NCBI GenBank assembly: GCA_963700635.1
Contig: CAVOYH010000004.1
Span: 512,001 to 576,000, forward strand
Length of the DNA stretch: 64,000 bases
Source: an uncultured Bacteroidota bacterium
GTDB lineage: Bacteria; Bacteroidota; Ignavibacteria; UBA10030; UBA6906
Direction: 5' to 3'
In this document: in pieces, positions 10,120 through 17,968 of the stretch
How the letters are laid out: each line of letters opens with the position of its first letter
How positions within the stretch are numbered: position 1 is the first letter of the stretch
Translations under genes and position numbers: made by a program
Notes under the pieces: model-generated
What the model saw: the letters and a program-made list of their open reading frames with translations, nothing else
Database searches by the model: none
What the model was told of the DNA's origin: nothing

Positions 10120-11034
10120 TCAGAGGTCGAACATGAGTCTCACCGCCATTCCGGCGCCGAGCGCGACGATCATGCTTGCCGATGTGCCCAGAATATAGTA
10201 TTCCGCAAAATCCTTGCTCTGTTCCAGTTCTTTAAAACGGGCAATTGATTTTACCGTAAGAACGAATGCAAGCGCGGTGAAGTTGCCGGTAAGGACGAAG
10301 GTGAGCGCGATGATTCGTTCAAGTATCCCGATCCATTCGCCGACGTTTTCTTCGCCGTCGCCGGGAGACGCCACAGCGCGGGGAGGATCGGCCGGTGGGA
10401 TCGTTTCTGCATCGTTCGGTGCGGACTTCATGTCTCCGGATTTCAGAGGAGACAAACTGTCGGTCTCCGCATTCAGCCGCTGCACGACCCTGGTATACAG
10501 GCCCTGGAATTTTCCAAGTAATCCTCTGACGATGCTCGTCCCGCCATCAATGACGAAGAGGAACGCCGCACCTACTGCCAGGATGAGCGTCATTTTTTCC
10601 CGCAGCACCCCCGTGCCTTCGCCGAAGGCGTTAAGGACATCTGCCTCGATGGTGGTATACCAGTGGAACACCGTTAAGGGGAGGGTGACACGCCATGCGG
10701 CGTAGAGCAGTATCCCCATTACCACCTGTTTGAGCACATAGTATTCGAGCGATTTCCTGGCATATCTTCCATGGCTCTTTGTCTCTATCCTGCCATCGGC
10801 GAGCGCATAGAGGCACGCTACACCAATAAAGGCGAGAACCAGTGCGGGCGAGACAAAACCTGATGTTCCGATGAGGAGCGCCACAAGGAGAGAAGCCGCT
10901 TTTTTTACTGCGGCTGAAAAGCCGGATCCCCGCGCCACATAAAACCCCCGGAATACGCGTTTCAAAAAAAACTCAAAGAATGCGTAGCAGAAGATAATGT
11001 TCGCGAAAACTATGGTGTCGTGTGCGGTGAGCAA
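10120..11034 (-). CDS. Multi-pass membrane protein, DUF3307/SatE-like
   Basis: C-terminal GEWIGILERIIALTFVL...VKSIARF...AEYYILGTSAS motif; lies downstream of satD. Confidence 0.78.
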   Translation of the reverse strand: MLTAHDTIVFANIIFCYAFFEFFLKRVFRGFYVARGSGFSAAVKKAASLLVALLIGTSGFVSPALVLAFIGVACLYALADGRIETKSHGRYARKSLEYYVLKQVVMGILLYAAWRVTLPLTVFHWYTTIEADVLNAFGEGTGVLREKMTLILAVGAAFLFVIDGGTSIVRGLLGKFQGLYTRVVQRLNAETDSLSPLKSGDMKSAPNDAETIPPADPPRAVASPGDGEENVGEWIGILERIIALTFVLTGNFTALAFVLTVKSIARFKELEQSKDFAEYYILGTSASMIVALGAGMAVRLMFDL

Positions 11035-11066
11035 TACGGGACATCCCCCGGGTGTAGTTTATTGTC

Positions 11067-11114
11067 AAACAACTATTTAAGGTTGTGTGTGTTATAAACA
11101 ACCTTTTAAGGTTG
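11067..11114. promoter_or_regulatory. Two 19-bp direct repeats, each containing an imperfect palindrome (putative operator pair)
   Basis: AAACAACTATTTAAGGTTG (11067-11085) and AAACAACCTTTTAAGGTTG (11096-11114); 29-bp period; core CAACC-N6-GGTTG. Confidence 0.7.
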
Positions 11115-11732
11115 AGTCAGTTGCGCGAGGAACTCCCGGAGGGAGCCGGCCGCTTCGTCAAGTTCTTTTGCTGCTGCCGACAATCCTGCTTTGGAGACTG
11201 CCTGCGGGGAGATATGGAGACGCCGGGCCACTTCCTTGGCAGTGTGGTCTTTGAGCAGCTGAGCGATCTGCTTCTGACGGGGCGTGAGCCGGAGCCATTG
11301 TCTGTCCATGAGGGCCACAAGGGCATTCACCAGCCGGACCGACTCCAGGTCATACGAGTAGCGGAGGGGAGTCTTCTGGTGTTTCGCTTCGTCCAGTGCT
11401 CTGCGGGCATGATAAAACGCCTCTCCATCCATCCCGATGGCGGCGTCTTTCCGGAGTGGCGTCGAGAGGGTGCCGATACCGACGCCAAAGGCAAAAGGAA
11501 CAGGCTGCATGAGATCCCGAAAACGGCGCACGAGTTGATAACTCTCTGCGGGTGTGGTCAGGAGCCCCTGGAATTCGTCTCCAAGAGTGATAAGAAACTG
11601 TGATGCGATTGCAGAAGAAAATTCAGCGTTGATCTTTGAGACAGAGCCGGCAAATTTCCTTTGAACCGTTCCCCGATGCGGAAGCGACCGGGATTTGTTC
11701 ATATCCCCTATAATGGCGCAGTAGGTCTTCAC
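11106..11732 (-). CDS. satD: SatD family protein with C-terminal HTH
   Basis: AIIGDMNKSR, FLITLGDEFQG, FGVGIG, MDGEAFYHAR; HTH TAKEVARRLHISPQAVSK; probable GTG start at 11732. Confidence 0.85.
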   Translation of the reverse strand: MKTYCAIIGDMNKSRSLPHRGTVQRKFAGSVSKINAEFSSAIASQFLITLGDEFQGLLTTPAESYQLVRRFRDLMQPVPFAFGVGIGTLSTPLRKDAAIGMDGEAFYHARRALDEAKHQKTPLRYSYDLESVRLVNALVALMDRQWLRLTPRQKQIAQLLKDHTAKEVARRLHISPQAVSKAGLSAAAKELDEAAGSLREFLAQLTQP

Positions 11733-11790
11733 GAGCGTATCCGTCTCTGTCGGTGAGAAAGCTCTAATATTGCCTGAAGATGTGAGAATG

Positions 11791-12711
11791 TCAACGTGTT
11801 GAGCGGGCGCTGCGCAGCACTTCGACACTCCGGGCGAACGCCACCTTCTCTTCATCGTTCATTGAAGGGGAGAGCGTCGCATATATTCCGTCCGCCCCGA
11901 TGATACGGGGGAGGGAAGTGCTTACCCCTTCAAATCCCGGGACATCGTTATTGGACAACGTGAGCACGCTCCGCTCATCGCTCCGGATCGCCTGGATAAT
12001 GCGCGCCAGCCCGGCACCGATGCCGTAGTACGTCGAGCCCTTTCCCTGAATGATCCGGTAGGCCGCCCGGCGAACCCGTACGTCGATGGACTCCTTCAGT
12101 TCGCGGGTCAGCGCTTTCCCGTGGTGCTTGGCAAACTCCGCCAGCGGCACACCGCCGATCTTCGCCTCAGACCAGACTAGAACTTCTGAATCACCATGCT
12201 CTCCGAGCACCTGGGCGTGAACAGATTGGGCGGACACCCCGTACGTCTCTCCCAACAGGGCCCTGAACCGGGCGGTGTCGAGTATCGTTCCTGATCCGAT
12301 GACCCTTTGCGGGGGGAAGGACCCGAGTTCAGTGACGATTTGGGTCATGATGTCGACGGGATTGGATGCGATCAGGACAATGGCATCCGGCGCGATTGCG
12401 GCAACGCGGATGGCGACATCTGCAAATATTGCTTCGTTACGTTCAAGGAGGTGAAGGCGGGTTTCTCCCGGACGCTGGCTCACGCCGCATGAGAGAACAA
12501 CAACAGAACTTCCGCTGATCGCGGCGTAGTCTCCGGATGAAACCTGTACGGGACTTGTCACCGGTGTGGCGTGGAGGATATCTTCCGCCTGTGCCAGGGC
12601 GAGGGACTCATTGATGTCGACAAGGACGATTTCGTTTACTACGCGTCGGAGCACCATCGCGAACGCCGCCGCGCTCCCTACCATCCCTGCACCGATAATG
12701 CTTACTTTCAT
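11791..12711 (-). CDS. ldh: L-lactate dehydrogenase
   Basis: GAGMVG, QRPGETRL (Gln specificity residue), ASNPVD, SGTILDTARF, GEHGDS, KGSTYYGIG. Confidence 0.93.
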   Translation of the reverse strand: MKVSIIGAGMVGSAAAFAMVLRRVVNEIVLVDINESLALAQAEDILHATPVTSPVQVSSGDYAAISGSSVVVLSCGVSQRPGETRLHLLERNEAIFADVAIRVAAIAPDAIVLIASNPVDIMTQIVTELGSFPPQRVIGSGTILDTARFRALLGETYGVSAQSVHAQVLGEHGDSEVLVWSEAKIGGVPLAEFAKHHGKALTRELKESIDVRVRRAAYRIIQGKGSTYYGIGAGLARIIQAIRSDERSVLTLSNNDVPGFEGVSTSLPRIIGADGIYATLSPSMNDEEKVAFARSVEVLRSARSTR

Positions 12712-12743
12712 AGTCGATCCCGCCCACAGCATCGTACCTATCG

Positions 12744-13004
12744 TCAGGTCGTACCCTGATCAGGCGCCGGATTCTTCCGAGCCCGAACGATTCCAGCCTT
12801 TTCTTTCATCCGCAGGAGATTACGCACGTTCGTCTTCCAGAGGGGTTTGCTTGAGCGGGTGCTGGTCTTAGCCAAATCCTCTGCATCCAGGGAGATGTGA
12901 TTCTCGACAATATCAAGAACCTGTGTAAAGGGTATCCATTTCCGGCGAGGGAGATGTTTTCGGAGAGTATTCCAGAGAGTTGGTCCGTTCGTCACGTCCG
13001 TCAC
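12744..13004 (-). CDS. Small hypothetical protein, possible winged-helix DNA-binding domain
   Basis: 86 aa; ...VLDIVENHISLDAED...WKTNVRNLL pattern; AGAAAGG upstream of GTG. Confidence 0.6.
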   Translation of the reverse strand: MTDVTNGPTLWNTLRKHLPRRKWIPFTQVLDIVENHISLDAEDLAKTSTRSSKPLWKTNVRNLLRMKEKAGIVRARKNPAPDQGTT

Positions 13005-13229
13005 TGCCTTTCTTGTTGGCGGGGGAGACCGATAGCAAGGTCGCCCCGCGCTTGCTTCCCGTCACACGATCACGTGAGCCCTTCACCCGAATAGCCCGTC
13101 GCTTTCCGGCACGAGGTCCGTGGCGCCATATCCTGCCAGACGAGAACACTATGCACTTCCGGTACTCCTACAAAGTACGAAAAATGCTGCTGGTTTTCAA
13201 CCGGACGTCCATGCCCGGACAACCGTCCA

Positions 13230-13838
13230 TCACGGAACATAGAACTGCGACAACCCGGTCAGGAACATCTGTACCGCTATTGCTGTCAGGATCATTCCCA
13301 TGAGTCGTTCGAGCGCGACGAGAACCCTTTCGCCGAGGAGCCGGCTCAGTGAGGAGGCAAAGAACAGGACGAGTGTTGACAGAAGCCACGCGACGACCAG
13401 AGCGAGAAGCCAATCGAACACCCGCTCCGGTTCACGTCCCCGGAGCAATAACACCGTTGCCATTGCTGAGGGCCCTGCGACCAGCGGCACAGCCAGGGGA
13501 ACGATAAATGGTTCACCGCCGGGACTTGGTCCGAACGCTCCATCAGTTTTTCCGAAGACCATCTTGACGGCTATGAGGAACAACACGATGGCCCCCGCGA
13601 TGCCAAGCGCCGGCTCGCTGATCTGAAGCATGTTGAGAAAAAAACGTCCAACAAAAAGGAAAAACACCAGCACGGCCAGGGCAATAAGAGATTCCCGTAT
13701 TACGATTCTCTTTCTCCTGTGCTCCGGGATATCCTTCAACGTTGTGATATACATTGGAACATTCCCCAGCGGGTCCATGACAAAAAGGAGTATGAACATG
13801 GCTGATATGACCGATAATCCCTGCTCTTCCATAAGCAT
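13230..13838 (-). CDS. MarC family membrane protein
   Basis: LFVMDPLGNVP, FIVPLAVPLVAGP, LERLMGMIL. Confidence 0.92.
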   Translation of the reverse strand: MLMEEQGLSVISAMFILLFVMDPLGNVPMYITTLKDIPEHRRKRIVIRESLIALAVLVFFLFVGRFFLNMLQISEPALGIAGAIVLFLIAVKMVFGKTDGAFGPSPGGEPFIVPLAVPLVAGPSAMATVLLLRGREPERVFDWLLALVVAWLLSTLVLFFASSLSRLLGERVLVALERLMGMILTAIAVQMFLTGLSQFYVP

Positions 13839-14049
13839 GCACTCGTGATGCCGGGTGGATGAACTCGTAATAATTGTATAGAATAGGGAAATTACAGCTC
13901 AGAAAATAGAGCCCGAGAGGAGAACCGGGAATCAAACCGTCTGGTTGCTTCTCACTACCCAAATTGGTAGTTTCGCAGACAGTTTTCGGTTGCGCTCACA
14001 AATTAGCCGTTCATTGACAACCAACGAATCGTGTGAGGAGGAGTGGTCT

Positions 14050-15486
14050 ATGGCGTCAATTCTGGAAACCCTTCCTGAGTATGTACTGCACTGGCTGGTG
14101 CAAAAAGGGAAGGAACGGTATATTCAGACGACAGAAATTCTCCTGAAAGAGGATGAGCACAACGACTCACTTTTCATCGTTATTGATGGCCTCTTTGGTC
14201 TCTCCGTAAAGGGGATTGTGGGTCAGAAAATCGAGCACTTTCCTCCGGGAAGCATCCTGGGAGAGCTCTCGTTCTTCACCGATGGTATCGCATCAGAGAC
14301 GATTTCTGCCGAGGAACCCTCTGTCGTGCTCGAAATCCCAGGGAGCCTGCTGAGGGAGAAGCTCCAGTTTGATCATCGATATGCCTCGGATTTCTACAGA
14401 GCGGTGCTGAGTGTGGTCGCCCTGCAGCACAAGCAGACCGCTCTTCATCTCTACGCCGCGCAACGGGCCGTGACGGAGGATGAACGCAACAACCCCCTGG
14501 TGAAGCTCGCCCTGGAGGAGGTCGAGAGGTTCAAGCGGACGATGCTGGTTCTGGACAAGGAGGCACTCAAACAGGGGTCGATTTCCGAAGAAAGTTACGG
14601 CTCGTTTCTCCATCAGGCGCACGGGTTGATGCTGGTGTGCAACGAAGTCCTCGGACCACGCTCATCGCTCAACGACACGATCAAAGGGCACATCGGTGCC
14701 CGGCTCCAGCATGAATTTCTTCCCTACCTTCTCACGACTGAAACTGCCGACCGGTTCTACTCGAAGCCGCGGGGATATGCGGGTGATTACCTGGCCATCC
14801 ACCGGATCTACCAGAACATCCCGGGAGGGAACAGCCGGCTCGGACCACTGATGGACCGGATGTTCCTGGAAACACCTCCCTCAGTAGCGGTTCGTAACAG
14901 GCGAAAAATCTTCGCGGACGAGATCGTGGCTACCGTCAGCGCCAGGTCAAACAGGCCGGTGAGGGTTCTCTGTATGGCAAGTGGGCCGGCAACAGAGGTC
15001 TTTGACGCGTTCGCGTTGTTGCCGGACAGGAGTCATCTGAAGGTGACACTCATGGATATCGATCTTCAGGCGCTCGCCTTTGTGGACGACATTCGGAGCA
15101 GGCAGAAACTTGCAGGCCAGATCGAGCTCATCAACGAAAACCTGATTGCCCTGTATCTTGGGAGGAGTAAAACGCGGATAGAGCCACAGGATCTGATCTA
15201 CAGCATCGGTCTGACTGACTATCTGAACGACAAACTCATCAACAGGTTACTGCAGTACGTCTATGAGAATCTGGCACCGGGAGGAAGGGTGATCATCGGT
15301 AACTTCCACCCGCGGAATCCGGCAAAAGAGTTCATGGACTACGTGCTGGAGTGGAATCTCATTCACCGGACCGAAGACGATATGCACCGGATCTTCGAGA
15401 ATTCCGCGTTCAAGCGGAGGTGTTCCCGCATTCAGTTCGAGGGGCAGGGAGTGAACCTGTTCGCCGAGTGCGTCAAAGACGCGTAA
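14050..15486 (+). CDS. Cyclic-nucleotide-binding domain fused to PhcB-like class I SAM methyltransferase
   Basis: N-terminal LFIVIDG...PGSILGELSF...SETISAEE; C-terminal YSKPRGYAGDY, VRNRR, VLCMASGPATE, DLIYSIGLTDYL, LAPGGRVIIGNF, WNLIHR; GAGGAGG RBS. Confidence 0.85.
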   Translation: MASILETLPEYVLHWLVQKGKERYIQTTEILLKEDEHNDSLFIVIDGLFGLSVKGIVGQKIEHFPPGSILGELSFFTDGIASETISAEEPSVVLEIPGSLLREKLQFDHRYASDFYRAVLSVVALQHKQTALHLYAAQRAVTEDERNNPLVKLALEEVERFKRTMLVLDKEALKQGSISEESYGSFLHQAHGLMLVCNEVLGPRSSLNDTIKGHIGARLQHEFLPYLLTTETADRFYSKPRGYAGDYLAIHRIYQNIPGGNSRLGPLMDRMFLETPPSVAVRNRRKIFADEIVATVSARSNRPVRVLCMASGPATEVFDAFALLPDRSHLKVTLMDIDLQALAFVDDIRSRQKLAGQIELINENLIALYLGRSKTRIEPQDLIYSIGLTDYLNDKLINRLLQYVYENLAPGGRVIIGNFHPRNPAKEFMDYVLEWNLIHRTEDDMHRIFENSAFKRRCSRIQFEGQGVNLFAECVKDA

Positions 15487-15507
15487 GGGAGTGGCGGATT
15501 CCACCGC

Positions 15508-16599
15508 CTATTTATATCCCGCCCTCTCGAGGTCAGCCACCGATGTAAAAGGATGCGGCGGTTTGAGATAGGTTCCCAGGAATCTGTAGATTTTTAATCT
15601 TGTTTCTTTCGCCAGCCTGGTGTCGATCCGGTCAAAACTGTGCCCCCCCGGAGCGTTGTTGAAGATTTCGTATTCAAATTTCTTGCCGGCCGCTTTTAAC
15701 GCTGCGATCAGATGCTCGACTTCCAGCACGTGTACGTCGTCATCGTTCGTGGACGAATGGATGAGAAGCGGAGTGGAGAGTTTGTGAACGTGATTGACCG
15801 GTGACCGCTTCCTGTACTCCGCAATATTATCCCGCGCCGTTTTACCGATATGGTACGGTGCTGAATATTCCTCCCGATATTCATCGTCCGCATATCCCAT
15901 GCGGGCGACCAGGTCACTGACCGGAACCCCGGCAAAGGCGACCGCATAGTCCAGGGGATGCTCGAAGATATCCATCAGCGCTATCAAGCCGCCGTGACTC
16001 CAGCCGATGATGCCGATCCGGTCCTTATCGATAAAGTCATAGTTTTCGACCATCCAATCCCGGGCTGCATGATTGTCTTCGATCTCGAGCCCCCCGTAGT
16101 CAATCTTCTCATAAAACGACTTTCCGTAACCGGTGCTCCCCCTGTATTCCGGAGCCACCACGACATAACCCTGTCCGACGAGCTCGCGGATAATGTGTGT
16201 GTGGTAGGTGGTGAAGTTGGCGTGTACGCCGCCGTGGGGAAGTACCAGAAGCGGACTTGATTTCTTACGGTCGAGTTTCTGCGGAATGAACACATATGCC
16301 CAGAACTTCAAGGGGTTTGTTGCACCCATGGCGGTCGGATTCGCGACCTTTGCGGGGGGTGGTCCGACGATATACACTTTGTCAATATGTGCAACGTCCC
16401 CCACCTTCTGATACCAGAGGAGATCATCGATCGATTTCCGGATTTCGTCGAGCCTGTGGTCCAGAGACTTGAATTTCTGCTCCAACTGATCCTCCAGCTC
16501 CGGAGTGCGCGGCTTTTTGTCCTGGCCCAAGAGTCCGGGCGGACAGAGGAGGAACACGGTAAGGGCGACACCGAAAAGGAAACGAACCTGTTGTCTCAT
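15508..16599 (-). CDS. Secreted S9 (prolyl oligopeptidase-like) peptidase
   Basis: Signal peptide; PHGG, EYRGSTGYG, GWSHGG nucleophile elbow, NDDDV, GGHSF. Confidence 0.9.
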   Translation of the reverse strand: MRQQVRFLFGVALTVFLLCPPGLLGQDKKPRTPELEDQLEQKFKSLDHRLDEIRKSIDDLLWYQKVGDVAHIDKVYIVGPPPAKVANPTAMGATNPLKFWAYVFIPQKLDRKKSSPLLVLPHGGVHANFTTYHTHIIRELVGQGYVVVAPEYRGSTGYGKSFYEKIDYGGLEIEDNHAARDWMVENYDFIDKDRIGIIGWSHGGLIALMDIFEHPLDYAVAFAGVPVSDLVARMGYADDEYREEYSAPYHIGKTARDNIAEYRKRSPVNHVHKLSTPLLIHSSTNDDDVHVLEVEHLIAALKAAGKKFEYEIFNNAPGGHSFDRIDTRLAKETRLKIYRFLGTYLKPPHPFTSVADLERAGYK

Positions 16600-16659
16600 T
16601 GGATATCTCCACGGAAACGAATGATACGATGGGTCCTGGATCCCGAACCATACGAAGAT

Positions 16660-16688
16660 AATGTACAGGAGAGGAGGGCCAGAGTCAA
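16660..16688 (-). promoter_or_regulatory. sigma70-like promoter of the S9 peptidase
   Basis: Minus strand TTGACT-N17-TACATT. Confidence 0.5.
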
Positions 16689-16692
16689 TTGT

Positions 16693-17871
16693 TTATCTAT
16701 CCCTTCTCTCCATCCGGCGCCAGTTCTGGTTCGAACCGATGTTCGGATTAAAATCTTCCTGCTCTGTAATCACGTATTCACCCAGTCCGTTCACCCAGGC
16801 GTTTCGATAGCCAGCGGGAAGCTCCACCGGACGTTCGGACACCGGATCGTAATACTCGTCCACGCTCCGGATGTTCTGACTGAACCGCTCCGACAAACGG
16901 TCATACACCGCCTGGCGACTCTCCCACGAGCGCATCATGTCGTCCGATATCTCCCGGTGAGTCTGGCTGATGATTCTGCTTAATTCGCCGGCGTTCCGGA
17001 TCTGGCGCATCTGGTTCTGGATCAAAAAGGCAACTACCTGGACATACGTGTTCATCCATTGCGGATTCACGCGTATGGAGGAGGCCATCGTGCGAAACAT
17101 CGCGCCGAGCGCACTGAGCTTTCCCTCGGGCGCCTTCACGGAAAAAATATAACTGACCGTCCAGATCGTGTTGGTGAAATTCCCGTACATGGACTGAATC
17201 GGGATTGAAAATGTCTCAACCAGCGCGTACATCTCTTCTTCCAGCACCGTCCCTGCTTGGGTGTACCTCACCCTGATCATACCACCGTCAGCGTGCAGAC
17301 CTGGTTGATGTGATGAAACTCCGAGTGACTTTGCCAGGCCGGGCAACCGCTCCTCATGCACGATGGAGAGTGCTTGTGCTGAACGGCGGAACCGCTTCAG
17401 TATGATCGACTTCAGGGCCCGTACCGGACCAACAGGCGTTCGCACCTCGGCGCCAAAGTACTTCGAGCCCGGCGGGAACATCTGCTGGTTCATGGGATTG
17501 TCCGTCCAGAAAAACGACTGGTTCGGAAACACTTCCAGTCCCTCCGGGGTTGACGGGTGAGACGCCCGCAGCCATGCTGTCGCAGGCATGCCGGGATTGT
17601 CCAGAATCCAGGTTATTCCGCCTGTAAACTTCCAGCCGGCCGGCACGAGCATGCGAAACGCCTCGACACCTGTCCCGGTCCTATCAAAACATACCTCGGT
17701 GCGGAACCGCAAGGTGTATTTTTCGGAATCCACATCTGATCCCGGCGCCTGAGCCGTTCCGGATTCTCGCCCGGAGCGGGAAGGGCCCTTGTTGTTATCC
17801 GGGTTGACACAGCCAGAGAGAAGAGGAAGAACGAAAGGCATGAGCAGCAGAATCGGGGTGGAGGTTTTCAT
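16693..17871 (-). CDS. Hypothetical lipoprotein
   Basis: Lipobox LSGC; GGAGGA RBS; 392 aa with a helical Q/R-rich C-terminal region. Confidence 0.8.
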   Translation of the reverse strand: MKTSTPILLLMPFVLPLLSGCVNPDNNKGPSRSGRESGTAQAPGSDVDSEKYTLRFRTEVCFDRTGTGVEAFRMLVPAGWKFTGGITWILDNPGMPATAWLRASHPSTPEGLEVFPNQSFFWTDNPMNQQMFPPGSKYFGAEVRTPVGPVRALKSIILKRFRRSAQALSIVHEERLPGLAKSLGVSSHQPGLHADGGMIRVRYTQAGTVLEEEMYALVETFSIPIQSMYGNFTNTIWTVSYIFSVKAPEGKLSALGAMFRTMASSIRVNPQWMNTYVQVVAFLIQNQMRQIRNAGELSRIISQTHREISDDMMRSWESRQAVYDRLSERFSQNIRSVDEYYDPVSERPVELPAGYRNAWVNGLGEYVITEQEDFNPNIGSNQNWRRMERRDR

Positions 17872-17968
17872 CGCGGATCCTCCCGGTGAGGATAGGGTTG
17901 TTCAGAGCCTCGCCGTGAATATACCAGAAGAGAATGAGAAAAGCGAGAACTGGCCGGCAGACAGCCCT

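Noticed and set aside
11067-11114. Two palindromic repeats as a mini-CRISPR or attachment site
   Set aside because: Only two 19-bp units 10 bp apart, with no cas or integrase; better explained as operators
17940-17960. CCGGCCAGTTCTC upstream of the lipoprotein gene as a third ECF promoter (and GAAAGTGGCCCG near 3702)
   Set aside because: Lacks the AAC core and has no AGTA at the required spacing
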